Source: Clostridiales bacterium UBA1206
GTDB taxonomy: Bacteria; Bacillota; Clostridia; Oscillospirales; CAG-382
Direction of reading: 5' to 3'
Length of the DNA stretch: 64,000 bases
NCBI GenBank assembly: GCA_002310055.1
Contig: DBXS01000026.1
Location: forward strand, 54,135-118,134
In this document: positions 12,456 through 23,704 of the stretch, one piece after another
Numbering within the stretch: the stretch's first letter is position 1
Layout of the letters: every line of letters starts with the position of its first letter
Made by a program: the position numbers and the translations under genes
The notes under the pieces: generated by a model
What the model saw: only the letters and a program-made list of their open reading frames with translations
Told to the model about the DNA's origin: nothing
Databases searched by the model: none

Positions 12456-14096
12456 TCAGTCGTCGCCGAAACGGATCACGACGCTCGACTGAGGAGGCAT
12501 CTTGAGCGCGGTCCCGTCGAGCGCGGAATCGCCGCCGATACAGTTTTTGATGTACGGATCTTTCAAACCGTGCTCCGCGAGCGTCTCCGCAATATCCATA
12601 GTGGCTTCGGAGGCGCTGGTGTTGTGTACTACGAGCACGCTTTTGCCTTGGTATTCGCTTATAAAGCCGCCGGCCTTCAGCCCGTCGAACGACACCGCAA
12701 AGTAAGTTCCGACCGCTATTTCGGGATTTGCCCTGCGCACCATTATAAGCATTTTATAGCGATTGTACAGGCTGTCCGGGTCGGCGTACTGCGTGACGAC
12801 GTCGCCGTTCGTCTGTTTAGAAGAGGGATAATCGGAACCGACGGGATTCTTTACCGTGTCGCCGTCGCCCCAGAGCATCGCGAGACGGCGGTTGGCGTCG
12901 GTGTTCGAAGTCCCGCGCACGCCTTTCATACCGATCTCTTCGCCGTAATAGATGAACGGCGAACCGGGGCAGAGTATAAGCAGATTTGCCGCCATCTGCG
13001 CGTAACCGGAAGCGAGCGTGTCAAACCCCGCCGCGCGGTCCATATCGTGGTTGGTGATGAACGGCGCGAACACGGCGTTGCCGCCTTTTGATCTGATGAG
13101 CGACACCTGGCTTTCGACGTACGCGGTATACAGATACACGTTGCCTTTTTTCGCCGCCGCAGAAAGTTTTCCTTCCGCCTGCGCTACGGTGAAATTGAAT
13201 ACCGAAGTCGCTTCCGTATACGCGTTGGCGACCGAATCACTGTCCCATACTTCGGCGACCGTGTAGATATCGGGGTAGTCTTTGCGCAGCTCGCCGAGAT
13301 ACCAGTTCCAGAACTCAACGTTCTTTTGCTCGTCGCCCATATAGACGTATTTGGCGGCGTCAAAACGGAACCCGTCCACGCCCAGATCCAGATAATACTT
13401 AGCAACGTCCAGGACCGCTTTGCGCACGTTTTCGTTATCAAAATTCAACTCCGGCATATCGCCGCCGAAATTGCATTCGTAGCGTTCTTTCGTCCCGGTT
13501 ATATAGCCGTACTTCTTGCTGGAAGTTTCTCCTTCCAACAGGTAGCTGTAATAATCGTAAAACTCGTTTTCGGTATCGTTTTCACGGTGCGCGTTGCAGA
13601 ATTTGGTGAACCACAGATTGTCCTTGCTCGTGTGGTTTATCACAAGATCGAGTATGATCTTAACGCCGCGCTCGTGGCAAAGGGAAATCAGCTCCTTAAG
13701 ATCATCAAGCGTGCCGAATTTCTCGTCGATCGCGTAATAATTCGTAACGTCGTATTTGTGATACGAAGGCGAACGGAATATCGGCGTTAGCCATATTCCT
13801 TCAACGCCCAAGCTTTTGCCGGAGGCCGGATCGCCGTCGTTCAGGTAATCCATTCGGTTGATTATCCCGCGCAGATCGCCCGTCCCGTCGCCGTTGGAAT
13901 CGGAAAAAGAACCGACGAATATCTCGTAAAACACCCGCTCTTTGCCCGCGCTTTCGCCCGCAGACGCAAGGTTTTCGCCCTGCAGAATGACCTCTCCGGT
14001 CACGCTGTCGGTCTTGTACCCGGTATCGCCTTTGCAGGAAACGAGAAGAAATAAAACAAGCAACGATAATATTGCGCTTATAAAACGTTTTTTCAT
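12456..14096 (-). CDS. GH13 alpha-amylase-family lipoprotein
   Basis: Lipobox LVSCKG. GH13 regions I-IV: DLVINHTS, GVDGFRFDAAKY, AEVWD, FITNHDMDR. The start is set at ATG 14096, which has a GGAGG RBS. Confidence 0.9.
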   Translation of the reverse strand: MKKRFISAILSLLVLFLLVSCKGDTGYKTDSVTGEVILQGENLASAGESAGKERVFYEIFVGSFSDSNGDGTGDLRGIINRMDYLNDGDPASGKSLGVEGIWLTPIFRSPSYHKYDVTNYYAIDEKFGTLDDLKELISLCHERGVKIILDLVINHTSKDNLWFTKFCNAHRENDTENEFYDYYSYLLEGETSSKKYGYITGTKERYECNFGGDMPELNFDNENVRKAVLDVAKYYLDLGVDGFRFDAAKYVYMGDEQKNVEFWNWYLGELRKDYPDIYTVAEVWDSDSVANAYTEATSVFNFTVAQAEGKLSAAAKKGNVYLYTAYVESQVSLIRSKGGNAVFAPFITNHDMDRAAGFDTLASGYAQMAANLLILCPGSPFIYYGEEIGMKGVRGTSNTDANRRLAMLWGDGDTVKNPVGSDYPSSKQTNGDVVTQYADPDSLYNRYKMLIMVRRANPEIAVGTYFAVSFDGLKAGGFISEYQGKSVLVVHNTSASEATMDIAETLAEHGLKDPYIKNCIGGDSALDGTALKMPPQSSVVIRFGDD

Positions 14097-14147
14097 AAAC
14101 ACCTCCGCCTTTTTCAACGCGGTCTTCAAAGATTATTTCTTTGTTAA

Positions 14148-14176
14148 ATTATATCAAATCCGCGCCGAGTTGTCAA
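14148..14176 (-). promoter_or_regulatory. sigma-A-type promoter of the GH13 gene
   Basis: The minus strand reads TTGACA (14176..14171), a 17-nt spacer, then TATAAT (14153..14148). Confidence 0.7.
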
Positions 14177-14200
14177 GAAGTACGAAAGCGCGTTTTTATG

Positions 14201-14230
14201 TAAAAACAAAAGACAGGGAAACGGTCCCTG
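14201..14230 (-). terminator. intrinsic terminator after the GlsB/YeaQ-family gene
   Basis: CAGGGA/TCCCTG hairpin, followed on the minus strand by CTTTTGTTTTT. Confidence 0.6.
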
Positions 14231-14270
14231 CCTTTTTTACGGATATAAAGGAATGATTTTTGCTTTGAGA

Positions 14271-14516
14271 TTATTTCTTGAACAGAAGCCTGAAGACCCA
14301 GATAATGAGACAGGCGCCGACGATAGCGAGCACGATACTCGTTACCCAGCCGCCGGCGATCCCTATAAGGCTGCCGAGCCAGCCGCCGAGCGCGCCGCCG
14401 AGTATGCCGAGTATTGCGTTCATAAGGAAGCTGTTTTTGCTTTTCATCAGTTTTCCCGCGATCCAGCCGACAAGAGCGCCGATGAGGATCGCAACGAGAA
14501 TTTGCCACAAAGTCAT
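14271..14516 (-). CDS. GlsB/YeaQ/YmgE-family small membrane protein (transglycosylase-associated family)
   Basis: 81-aa Gly-zipper membrane protein (LIGALVGWIAGKLM, GILGGALGGWLGSLIG). AAAGGAGA RBS before ATG 14516. A promoter TTGCAT-17-TAAAAT lies at 14597..14569. Confidence 0.75.
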   Translation of the reverse strand: MTLWQILVAILIGALVGWIAGKLMKSKNSFLMNAILGILGGALGGWLGSLIGIAGGWVTSIVLAIVGACLIIWVFRLLFKK

Positions 14517-14648
14517 AATAAGATCTCCTTTCATAGACCGTATATGATTATTGGTTTTCACCGATATCATTTTATCACACTTATCTTTCGAATGCAAGCG
14601 TTTTTTGCACTTTACACGGATAAATCGTCGTTATTAACATATTGCTGC

Positions 14649-14690
14649 AAAAAACCGCCCGTTACGGTAAATCAACACTGTAACAGGCGG
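14649..14690 (-). terminator. intrinsic terminator ending the pur/one-carbon operon
   Basis: Minus strand: CCGCCTGTTAC...GTAACGGGCGG followed by TTTTTT. Confidence 0.8.
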
Positions 14691-14731
14691 ATGCATTGAA
14701 TATCCGGTTTTATCTCAAAACGACCGTAATT

Positions 14732-15706
14732 TTACTCGAATTCGATCGTGCTCACGGGTTTTTCGGAAATATCCCATGCGACGCGGTTGACGCCGGGAAC
14801 GGAAGCGATTATACGGTCGCGGATGGCGCAGAGGGTAGCGAACGGTATCTCGGGGACGGTCGCGGTGACTGCGTCGACGGTATTGACGGCGCGGATCACG
14901 ACGAGCCAGCCCATATAACGTTTACCGTCTTTTATGCCGGTGGATCTGAAATCGGGGATGGCGCAGAAATACTGCCAGGGTACCGACGGCAGTTTTTCGA
15001 TCTCTTCGCGGACTATCGCGTCGGATTCGCGCAGAGCTTCAAGTCTGTCGCGGGTGATGGCGCCCACGCAGCGAACGCCGAGTCCGGGGCCCGGGAACGG
15101 CTGACGGTAGACCATATTATCGGGAAGTCCCAGCGCTTTGCCCACAACGCGCACTTCGTCTTTATAAAGGAATTTGATCGGTTCGACGAGTTCGAATTTG
15201 AGGTCGTCCGGCAGGCCGCCGACGTTGTGATGAGCTTTTACGGGACCGGATTCGAGTATATCGGGGTATATAGTACCTTGCGCAAGGAATTCAATGCCGT
15301 CGAGCTTTCTCGCTTCTTCTTCAAATACGCGTATGAATTCGGCGCCGATTATCTTGCGTTTCTGTTCGGGTTCTGAAACGCCTGCGAGCTTATCGAGGAA
15401 TCTGTCCACCGCGTCTACGTATATCAAATTCGCGTTCATTTCATGGCGGAAAACTTTTATTACCTGTTCGGGTTCGCCTTTACGGAGCAGACCGTGGTTG
15501 ACGTGTACGCACACAAGGTTTTTGCCTATCGCTTTGATAAGCAGCGCCGCGACTACCGACGAATCAACGCCGCCGGAAAGCGCGAGCAAAACTTTTTTAT
15601 CGCCGATCTGCGCTTTGAGAGCCGCTATCTGTTCGGCTATGAACGCGTCTGCGAGTTCTTTCGTATTGATCCTTTGCATCGTTTCGGGTCTTCTGTTTTC
15701 AGACAT
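14732..15706 (-). CDS. guaA: GMP synthase ATP-pyrophosphatase plus dimerisation domains only (GuaA subunit-B-like, no glutaminase domain)
   Basis: PP-loop LALSGGVDSSV. Also VKAHHNVGGLP, RQPFPGPGLGVR and C-terminal PVSTIEFE. At 324 aa it begins about 30 aa before the PP-loop. Confidence 0.85.
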   Translation of the reverse strand: MSENRRPETMQRINTKELADAFIAEQIAALKAQIGDKKVLLALSGGVDSSVVAALLIKAIGKNLVCVHVNHGLLRKGEPEQVIKVFRHEMNANLIYVDAVDRFLDKLAGVSEPEQKRKIIGAEFIRVFEEEARKLDGIEFLAQGTIYPDILESGPVKAHHNVGGLPDDLKFELVEPIKFLYKDEVRVVGKALGLPDNMVYRQPFPGPGLGVRCVGAITRDRLEALRESDAIVREEIEKLPSVPWQYFCAIPDFRSTGIKDGKRYMGWLVVIRAVNTVDAVTATVPEIPFATLCAIRDRIIASVPGVNRVAWDISEKPVSTIEFE

Positions 15707-15748
15707 TTTTGTTACCTCTTTTAAAGAATTTTATAAAGGCTAAAAGGC

Positions 15749-17425
15749 TCAGAACAGTCCGCTTATCCTGCCGTTTTCGTCGACGTCTATGCGTTCCGCG
15801 GCGGGGGATTTGGGGAGTCCGGGCATGGTCATTATATCGCCGGTGAGCACGACTATAAACCCGGCGCCCGCGGATATCTTGACGTTTTTGACGGTGACTT
15901 CGAACCCTTCGGGAGCGCCGAGGAGTTTAGGATCGTCGGAAAAGCTGTACTGCGTTTTTGCTATGCACACGGGGAGCGAGCCGTAACCGAGCGATTCGAG
16001 TTTTTCGATCTGTTTCTTTGCCGCCGGCAGGATATTGACGCCCTTGCCGCCGTAAACTTTTTTCGTAACGGCTTCGATCTTTTCGGCGATAGACGAATCC
16101 AGTTCGTACGAGAACCTGAAATCGCCTTTTTCTTCTTCGCAAAGGCGAACGACTTCTTTCGCGAGCGCTTCGCCGCCCTTGCCGCCTTCGGCCCAGACGG
16201 TGGACAGCACGGTGTTCACGCCGAGTTCGCGGCATTTTTTGATGATGAAATCTATTTCGTTATCGGTATCGGTGGGGAAGCGGTTGACCGCCACTACGCA
16301 GGGAAGTCCGTAAACGTTTTTGATATTGGAAACGTGCCTAAGCAGATTTGGTACGCCTTTTTCAAGGGCGGCAAGGTCTTCGGTGGCGAGTTCTGTCTTG
16401 GCAAGCCCGCCGTGCATCTTGAGCGCGCGCACGGTGGCGACTATTACGACCGCGTCGGGCGTGAGGCCCGCCATGCGGCATTTGATATCGAGGAACTTTT
16501 CAGCTCCGAGATCGGCGCCGAATCCGGCTTCGGTAACGGTGTAATCGCCGAGTTTGAGAGCCATTTTTGTCGCCATAACGGAGTTGCATCCGTGCGCGAT
16601 ATTCGCAAACGGGCCGCCGTGGACGAACGCGGGAGTGCCTTCGAGCGTTTGCACCAGATTGGGCTTGAGCGCGTCTTTCAGCAGCGCGGTCATGGCGCCC
16701 GCGGCTTTTAGCTGACCGCAGGTGACGGGGTTGCCGTCGTAATCGTAGCCGACTATGATGCGCGAGAGGCGTTCTTTGAGGTCGGTGATCGAAGACGAAA
16801 GGCAGAGCACCGCCATTATCTCGGAAGCGACCGTGATATCGAACCCGTCTTCGCGCGGGACTCCGTTGGCTTTGCCGCCGAGCCCGTCGACTATAAAACG
16901 CAGCTGTCTGTCGTTCATATCCACGCAGCGCTTCCATGTGATGTTGCGTACGTCTATGCGAAGAGCGTTGCCTTGCTGAATATGGTTGTCGAGCATTGCG
17001 GCGAGCAGGTTGTTCGCCGCGCCTATGGCGTGGAAATCGCCGGTAAAATGCAGATTTATGTCTTCCATAGGCACGACCTGAGCGTATCCGCCGCCGGCGG
17101 CGCCGCCCTTTATGCCGAAGACAGGTCCGAGCGACGGTTCACGCAGAGCCACGGTCACGTCTTTGCCGATGCGTTTGAGACCGTCGGCAAGTCCTATTGT
17201 AGTTGTGGTTTTTCCTTCGCCCGCGGGCGTGGGGGTTATTGCCGTAACAAGAATGAGCTTACCGTCTTTTTTGTCGGACTCTTTCAAAAGCGAAAGATCG
17301 ACTTTTGCTTTGTATCTGCCGTAATGTTCAAGGTATTTTTCGTCTATGTGCGCAACGGAGGCGATCTCGGAGATCGGTCTCATTTTGCACGCCTGCGCGA
17401 TCTCAATGTCAGATAGATAAGCCAT
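15749..17425 (-). CDS. fhs: formate--tetrahydrofolate ligase
   Basis: 558 aa. P-loop [15 protein letters not shown] and full-length FTHFS architecture. Confidence 0.95.
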   Translation of the reverse strand: MAYLSDIEIAQACKMRPISEIASVAHIDEKYLEHYGRYKAKVDLSLLKESDKKDGKLILVTAITPTPAGEGKTTTTIGLADGLKRIGKDVTVALREPSLGPVFGIKGGAAGGGYAQVVPMEDINLHFTGDFHAIGAANNLLAAMLDNHIQQGNALRIDVRNITWKRCVDMNDRQLRFIVDGLGGKANGVPREDGFDITVASEIMAVLCLSSSITDLKERLSRIIVGYDYDGNPVTCGQLKAAGAMTALLKDALKPNLVQTLEGTPAFVHGGPFANIAHGCNSVMATKMALKLGDYTVTEAGFGADLGAEKFLDIKCRMAGLTPDAVVIVATVRALKMHGGLAKTELATEDLAALEKGVPNLLRHVSNIKNVYGLPCVVAVNRFPTDTDNEIDFIIKKCRELGVNTVLSTVWAEGGKGGEALAKEVVRLCEEEKGDFRFSYELDSSIAEKIEAVTKKVYGGKGVNILPAAKKQIEKLESLGYGSLPVCIAKTQYSFSDDPKLLGAPEGFEVTVKNVKISAGAGFIVVLTGDIMTMPGLPKSPAAERIDVDENGRISGLF

Positions 17426-17455
17426 TATTACAACTCCTTAATATTTTTATTATCT

Positions 17456-18694
17456 TCATTCCGCGTAGATAGGGAATTTTGCGCAAAGGGAAGCGACTTC
17501 GGATTTAATACGCTGGGCGTTGGATCCGAAATCCTTTATCGCGTCCGCGAGCCAGCCGGCGATGAGCTTCATTTCGTTTTCTCTGAACCCTCGCGTGGTG
17601 ACTGCCGGGGTGCCTATGCGAAGGCCGCTCGTGATGAACGGGCTCTGCGGATCATTGGGGACGGTGTTCTTGTTGGCGGTGATATTTACTTCGTCCAGCC
17701 TGTGTTCGAGCTCTTTGCCCGTCACGCCGGTCCCGATGAGGTTTATATTCATCAGGTGGTTATCCGTACCGCCGGAAACGAGGTTGATCCCGCGTGAAAG
17801 CAGTTCGTTTGCCAGGCAGGCGGCGTTGTTCACGATCTGTCTTTGATAATTCCTGAACTCCTCCGTAAGCGCTTCGCCGAAAGCGACGGCTTTTGCGGCG
17901 ATTATGTGCATCAGCGGGCCGCCCTGAGTTCCGGGGAAGATCGCCTTGTCGACCTGCTTTGCGTATTTTTCCTTGCAAAGTATCAGACCGCCGCGCGGAC
18001 CGCGGAGCGTCTTGTGAGTCGTGGAAGTGACGATATCGGCGTACGGAACGGGCGAGGGATGCAGCCCCGCCGCGACAAGCCCCGCGATGTGCGCCATATC
18101 CACCATAAGATACGCGCCGACTTCGTCGGCTATCTCGCGGCAGCGCTTGAAATCGATCGTACGCGAATATGCGCTCGCGCCCACGCAGATAAGCTTCGGT
18201 CTGCATTCGAGCGCCTTATTGCGCAGTTCGCCGTAATCCAAAAAACCGTCGCCGTCCACGCCGTAGGGCACGACGTTGAAGTACATACCCGAAATATTCA
18301 CCGGCGACCCGTGCGAAAGATGCCCGCCCTGCTGAAGGTTCATACCCATCGCGGTCTCGCCCGGCTTGAGGAACGCGAAGAATGCGGCGAGGTTCGCGTT
18401 TGCGCCGCTGTGCGGCTGAACGTTCGCGTGTTCCGCGCCGAACAGCTTTTTCGCCCTTTCGCAGGCGATCTCTTCAACTATATCGACGCACTTGCAGCCG
18501 CCGTAATAACGTTTGGAAGGATACCCTTCGGCATATTTGTTGGTGAGCACGCCCCCGGCGGCGAGCAGCACCGCTTTGGAAACTATGTTTTCCGAAGCGA
18601 TAAGTTCGATATTGTGCTGCTGACGTTCAAGTTCTAACCTGCACGCGTCTGCGACTGCGGGGTCGTATTTTACAAGTTCGTCAAAAAAGTTCAT
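17456..18694 (-). CDS. glyA: serine hydroxymethyltransferase
   Basis: 412 aa. Motifs [18 protein letters not shown] and the PLP-lysine region [13 protein letters not shown]. Confidence 0.95.
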   Translation of the reverse strand: MNFFDELVKYDPAVADACRLELERQQHNIELIASENIVSKAVLLAAGGVLTNKYAEGYPSKRYYGGCKCVDIVEEIACERAKKLFGAEHANVQPHSGANANLAAFFAFLKPGETAMGMNLQQGGHLSHGSPVNISGMYFNVVPYGVDGDGFLDYGELRNKALECRPKLICVGASAYSRTIDFKRCREIADEVGAYLMVDMAHIAGLVAAGLHPSPVPYADIVTSTTHKTLRGPRGGLILCKEKYAKQVDKAIFPGTQGGPLMHIIAAKAVAFGEALTEEFRNYQRQIVNNAACLANELLSRGINLVSGGTDNHLMNINLIGTGVTGKELEHRLDEVNITANKNTVPNDPQSPFITSGLRIGTPAVTTRGFRENEMKLIAGWLADAIKDFGSNAQRIKSEVASLCAKFPIYAE

Positions 18695-18714
18695 GTCGTG
18701 TTCCTTCCTGATTT

Positions 18715-21700
18715 CTATTTGAAATAATCTATGGCAGCTTCAAACATCCTTATGTCGTAATCGCCGTACACGTTCTTGTACAGATTGCTCCCTACGCGCT
18801 CACAATGCCCCATTTTGCCGAAAATCCTGCCGTCTGGTGAAGTTATGCCTTCGATCGCAAAACACGAGCCGTTGGGGTTATATTCGATATCGTAAGTGGC
18901 GTTTCCGTCAAGGTCGACGTACTGCGTGACAATCTGACCGTTTTCGGCAAGCTCGGCGATAAGCGCGTCGCTCGCGAGGAACCTGCCTTCGCCGTGCGAG
19001 ATCGGTACGCTGTAGATATCGCCCACCTTGGTTTTGGAAAGCCACGGCGATTTGTTGGAAGCGATCCGCGTGCGTACTATCATCGACTGGTGGCGCGCTA
19101 TCGTGTTGAACGTGAGCGTGGGGCACGAATCGTCGGTATCGATGATCCTGCCGTAGGGAACGAGCCCGAGCTTTATAAGCGCCTGGAACCCGTTGCAGAT
19201 TCCGCACATAAGGCCGTCGCGTTTTTCCAAAAGCTCGGTGAGCCTTTCTTTTATAAGCGCGTTCCTGAAGAAAGCCGTGATGAATTTTCCGCTGCCTTCG
19301 GGTTCGTCGCCGCCGGAAAAACCGCCCGGTATGAATACGATGTTCGCGCTCTTCAGCGCCTCGGCGAACGCCGCGGTGCTTTCTTTGATAGCGGAAGCGT
19401 CGAGATTGCGTATCACCATTATCCGCGGATCGCCGCCGGCGTCGCGAATGACTTTGGCGGTGTCGTATTCGCAGTTGGTGCCGGGGAACGCGGGGATAAG
19501 CACGACCGGTTTGGCGCACTTGACCGCCGGCGCTTTGTAACATTCGGATGTATATTGTATATTATACACCCTGCCGTATGTTTTTTCAATAGTGCGGGGA
19601 TAAACAGATTCGAGTTTTTTATCGTATATTTCGTATATTTCGCCCAAAGAGACACGATCTCCGCCGCAGATGAATTCACGGCGTTCGGTCACGGTCCCAA
19701 GTAATGTGCCGCAATCAGGCGCGGAAACGCATTCCACAATGAAAGAACCGTAGCTTTTTTCAAACAATCCGCTCACATTCATTGCTTTGTCGAATTCGAA
19801 TCCGTACCCGTTGCCGAAACAGCATTTCATGACCGCTTCGGCGATACCGCCCGCCCCCAGCGCGTAGCACGAAACGGCTTTTCCGCTCCTAAGCAGGGAA
19901 GTTATCTGCTTGAAAACGGCTTTGAGCGAAACCGCGTCGGGGATACCGTTTTCTTTGAATTCGGGTGAAATAATATACAGTTTGTTGCCGGCGGATTTGA
20001 ATTCCGGCGACACGGTCTCGCTCGCTTTTCCGGTGGTGACGGCAAACGAGACGAGCGTGGGCGGAACGTGGATATTTTCGAACGAACCGCTCATGGAATC
20101 CTTGCCGCCGATGGCGCCTATACCCAGATCGAGCTGCGCTTCATACGCGCCGAGCAGCGCCGCGAACGGTTTTCCCCAGCGGTCGGGATCTTTTCCCAGA
20201 CGTTCGAAATACTCCTGGAATGTAAGGTATACGTCTTTGAATTCCGCGCCGCTCGCTATGAGTTTGCAGACCGAATGGACGACGGCGAGATATGCCCCGT
20301 GGTAAGGGCTTTGCTCGGTGACGTAAGGATCGTAGCCCCACGCCATATACGAGCAATCGTCGGTGTGACCTTTTTCCACGGATATCTTCTGCACCATCGC
20401 CTGGATCGGCGTCTGTTGGTATCTGCCGCCGAAAGGCATAAGCACCGTACCGGCGCCGATAGTGGAATCGAAACGTTCGGAAAGCCCGCGCTTGGAGCAT
20501 ATATTGAGGTCGGAAGCGAGTTTTTTGAGGTTTTCCGCAAATCCGCCTTCAAACTCGCATTTTTTGAGTTCACACGCCGAAACGCGCACGTTTACGTGCT
20601 TTTCCGCGCCGTTGGAATTGAGGAAATCGCGGCTTATGTCGACGATGACCTTTCCGTTCCAATGCATAACGAGGCGGTCCGTATCGGTGACGCGCGCCAC
20701 GGGCGTGGCTTTCAAATTTTCGGCCTTTGCAAGTTCAAGGAATCGCGCGAGATCTTCTTTTGCAACGACTACCGCCATGCGTTCCTGCGATTCGCTTATC
20801 GCAAGCTCGGTGCCGTCAAGTCCTTCGTATTTTTTGGGAACGGCGTTGAGGTCGATATCGAGCCCGTCGGCGAGTTCGCCGATCGCTACCGAAACTCCTC
20901 CTGCACCGAAATCGTTGCAGCGCTTTATAAGGCGCGAAGCTTCGCCGTCGCGGAACAGGCGCTGGAGCTTTCTTTCTTCCGGCGCGTTTCCTTTCTGTAC
21001 CTCGGCTCCGCACGTTTCGAGCGAAGAGACGGTGTGCGATTTGGACGAACCCGTGGCGCCGCCGCATCCGTCGCGGCCGGTGTCGCCGCCCAGAAGCACT
21101 ACTACGTCACCGGGAATCGGACGTTCGCGCCTTACGTTTTTCTGCGGCGCCGCGGCTATGACCGCGCCTATTTCCATTCGTTTGGCGGCGTAGCCGGGAT
21201 GGTAAATCTCGTCGACGATGCCGGTCGCGAGGCCGATCTGGTTACCATACGAAGAATAACCGGCTGCGGCCGTTGTGACTATCTTGCGCTGCGGAAGTTT
21301 TCCTTTTATCGTTTGCGAAACCGGAACGAGCGGATCCGCCGCGCCGGTGACGCGCATTGCGCCGTAAACGTAAGCTCTGCCCGAAAGCGGGTCGCGTATG
21401 GCCCCGCCTATGCAGGTCGCCGCGCCGCCGAACGGCTCGATCTCGGTAGGGTGGTTATGCGTTTCGTTTTTGAAAAGCAAAAGCCAGTCTTCGTCCTTGC
21501 CGTCGATCTCAACGTTTATCTTCACCGTGCAGGCGTTTATCTCTTCGGATTCGTCAAGCTTTTGCAAAAGCCCCTGTTTTTTCAGGTATTTCGCGGCTAT
21601 GGTGGCTATATCCATAAGGCAGACCGGTTTTCCGGATCTGCCGAGCTCTTCACGTGTTTTAAGGTAGCGCGCGTAGGCGTTTTTCACTTCGGCGGAATCT

Positions 21701-22407
21701 ATTTGCGCGCTGTCGATATGCGTGCCGAAAGTAGTGTGTCTGCAATGATCCGACCAGTACGTGTCGATCATACGGATTTCCGTAATGGTTGGATCTCTGC
21801 CTTCTTTTCTGAAATAGTCGCGGCAGAACTCGGCGTCGCCATCATCCATCGCAAGTCCGTATTCTTTAATAAATCCGGCAAGCCCCGCTTTATCGAGCGA
21901 AGTGAATCCTTCGAGCGTCTTGACCTCGGTGGGGATATCGTATGCTATTTTCAGCGTCTGCGGCTTTTCAAGCGACGCCTCGCGCGATTCCACGGGGTTT
22001 ATGACGTATTTTTTGATTTCGGCTATATCTTTTTCCGAAAGTTCGCCGTACAGCGCGTAGACCTTTGCAGAACGCACGATGGGGCGTTCGCCCTGCGATA
22101 TTATCTGAATGCACTGCGACGCGGAATCGGCGCGTTGGTCGAACTGACCGGGCAGGAATTCCACCGCAAAAACGTACGCGCCGTCAAGATCCGGCTCGTC
22201 GCAGACGATATCGAGCTGAGGCTCGGAAAACACCGCGGTCTTGGCGTATTCAAACAGCGCTTCGTCGATATTTTCGGCGTCGTAGCGGTTGATGATGCGA
22301 ACGTCTGTAAGCCCGTTCACGCCCAGAATGCCGCGCGCGTCGTTGAGCAGCGCCTTCGCTTCCACGGCAAGGTCTTTTTTCTTTTCGGAAAAAACTCTGT
22401 AAACCAT
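18715..22407 (-). CDS. purL: phosphoribosylformylglycinamidine synthase, single-chain large form (PurS-like + PurL + PurQ domains)
   Basis: 1230 aa. The C-terminal triad glutaminase is intact (GICNGFQ, HGEGRF). The start codon abuts the purD stop codon directly. Confidence 0.95.
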   Translation of the reverse strand: MVYRVFSEKKKDLAVEAKALLNDARGILGVNGLTDVRIINRYDAENIDEALFEYAKTAVFSEPQLDIVCDEPDLDGAYVFAVEFLPGQFDQRADSASQCIQIISQGERPIVRSAKVYALYGELSEKDIAEIKKYVINPVESREASLEKPQTLKIAYDIPTEVKTLEGFTSLDKAGLAGFIKEYGLAMDDGDAEFCRDYFRKEGRDPTITEIRMIDTYWSDHCRHTTFGTHIDSAQIDSAEVKNAYARYLKTREELGRSGKPVCLMDIATIAAKYLKKQGLLQKLDESEEINACTVKINVEIDGKDEDWLLLFKNETHNHPTEIEPFGGAATCIGGAIRDPLSGRAYVYGAMRVTGAADPLVPVSQTIKGKLPQRKIVTTAAAGYSSYGNQIGLATGIVDEIYHPGYAAKRMEIGAVIAAAPQKNVRRERPIPGDVVVLLGGDTGRDGCGGATGSSKSHTVSSLETCGAEVQKGNAPEERKLQRLFRDGEASRLIKRCNDFGAGGVSVAIGELADGLDIDLNAVPKKYEGLDGTELAISESQERMAVVVAKEDLARFLELAKAENLKATPVARVTDTDRLVMHWNGKVIVDISRDFLNSNGAEKHVNVRVSACELKKCEFEGGFAENLKKLASDLNICSKRGLSERFDSTIGAGTVLMPFGGRYQQTPIQAMVQKISVEKGHTDDCSYMAWGYDPYVTEQSPYHGAYLAVVHSVCKLIASGAEFKDVYLTFQEYFERLGKDPDRWGKPFAALLGAYEAQLDLGIGAIGGKDSMSGSFENIHVPPTLVSFAVTTGKASETVSPEFKSAGNKLYIISPEFKENGIPDAVSLKAVFKQITSLLRSGKAVSCYALGAGGIAEAVMKCCFGNGYGFEFDKAMNVSGLFEKSYGSFIVECVSAPDCGTLLGTVTERREFICGGDRVSLGEIYEIYDKKLESVYPRTIEKTYGRVYNIQYTSECYKAPAVKCAKPVVLIPAFPGTNCEYDTAKVIRDAGGDPRIMVIRNLDASAIKESTAAFAEALKSANIVFIPGGFSGGDEPEGSGKFITAFFRNALIKERLTELLEKRDGLMCGICNGFQALIKLGLVPYGRIIDTDDSCPTLTFNTIARHQSMIVRTRIASNKSPWLSKTKVGDIYSVPISHGEGRFLASDALIAELAENGQIVTQYVDLDGNATYDIEYNPNGSCFAIEGITSPDGRIFGKMGHCERVGSNLYKNVYGDYDIRMFEAAIDYFK

Positions 22408-23679
22408 TTATTCCTTATCTCCTGCTTCAAGTGCTTTTTTGCCTATGTCTTTTCTGTAATAAGCGTTTGCAAAATGAATGCGCTCAACCGAACCGTATGC
22501 GAGCTCGAGCGCCTCTTTGAGGGTGGGCGCGGTCCGCGTCACGCCGAGCACGCGTCCGCCGGAGTTGACGAGCGCGCCGTCTTTGAGCGCGGCTCCGGCG
22601 ACGTATACGTGCTCCGCCTCGTCTTCGGGGATAGCTATTTCGTAACCTTTTTCGTAATGCTCGGGATAACCCTGCGACGCCATTATCACGCAGGCTGCGC
22701 ATTCGTCGTAAAACTCGACGTCAGTCTCGGCAAGCCGCCCCTGAGTGACGGCGATCATAGTGTCGAGCAAGTCGCTCTTCATAAGCGGAAGCACGACCTG
22801 TGTTTCGGGATCGCCGAAACGGCAGTTGTATTCTATCACCTTCGGCCCGTCGGACGTGAGCATAAGACCGAAGTACAAGCATCCCTTGAACGTTCTGCCT
22901 TCGGCGTTCATCGCTTTGACCGTGGGGATGAATATCTCGTCGCGGCAGCGACGGGCGATATCGCGCGTATAATACGGGTTGGGCGCTATCGTGCCCATGC
23001 CGCCGGTATTAAGGCCTTTGTCGCCGTCGAGCGCGCGCTTGTGGTCCATTGAAGAAACCATCGGGATTATCGTGTTGCCGTCCGTGAACGTGAGCACCGA
23101 AACTTCCGGGCCCTCGAGGAACTCTTCTATAACGATCCGGTCGCCGCTGGCGCCGAATTTGCGCTCGCTCATTATGGTGCGCACGGCGTCATACGCTTCT
23201 TCGCGCGTCTGCGCGATTATAACGCCTTTGCCAAGCGCAAGTCCGTCCGCCTTTATGACCGCGGGTATGGGTGCGTTTTCCAAATAGGCAAGCGCCGGAT
23301 CTACCGAATCGAATACCTCGTACGCGGCGGTGGGGATGCCGTATTTTTTCATAAGGTTTTTGGAAAACACCTTGCTGCCTTCTATTATCGCGGCGTTCGC
23401 GCGCGGTCCGAAACACGGTATGCCGTGCGCTTCGAGCGCGTCGACGCATCCCAGGACGAGCGGATCGTCGGGCGCGACGACAGCGTAATCTATGCGGTTT
23501 TCGTATGCGAAAGTCACAATGGAATCAATATCCTTTGCGCCTATGTTCACGCATTCCGCGTCTCGCGCGATGCCCCCGTTGCCGGGGAGCGCGTATATTT
23601 TTTCTACTTTGGGATTTTCTTTAAGTTTCTTTATAATGGCGTGTTCGCGTCCGCCGCCGCCGACTACGAGTATCTTCAT
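22408..23679 (-). CDS. purD: phosphoribosylamine--glycine ligase
   Basis: MKILVVGGGGREHA N-terminus and an ATP-grasp body. The start is set at ATG 23679, which has a GAGGT RBS. Confidence 0.95.
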   Translation of the reverse strand: MKILVVGGGGREHAIIKKLKENPKVEKIYALPGNGGIARDAECVNIGAKDIDSIVTFAYENRIDYAVVAPDDPLVLGCVDALEAHGIPCFGPRANAAIIEGSKVFSKNLMKKYGIPTAAYEVFDSVDPALAYLENAPIPAVIKADGLALGKGVIIAQTREEAYDAVRTIMSERKFGASGDRIVIEEFLEGPEVSVLTFTDGNTIIPMVSSMDHKRALDGDKGLNTGGMGTIAPNPYYTRDIARRCRDEIFIPTVKAMNAEGRTFKGCLYFGLMLTSDGPKVIEYNCRFGDPETQVVLPLMKSDLLDTMIAVTQGRLAETDVEFYDECAACVIMASQGYPEHYEKGYEIAIPEDEAEHVYVAGAALKDGALVNSGGRVLGVTRTAPTLKEALELAYGSVERIHFANAYYRKDIGKKALEAGDKE

Positions 23680-23704
23680 TTTATACCTCAAAACACTATA
23701 TGTA

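Noticed and set aside
20068-23052. 994-aa ORF on the plus strand, the longest ORF-like feature after purL
   Set aside because: It lies exactly codon-for-codon antisense to purL and purD, which are both unmistakable conserved genes. It has no RBS context, and its product is low-complexity (rich in R, F, V, A, G). The absence of TTA, CTA and TCA sense codons explains it.
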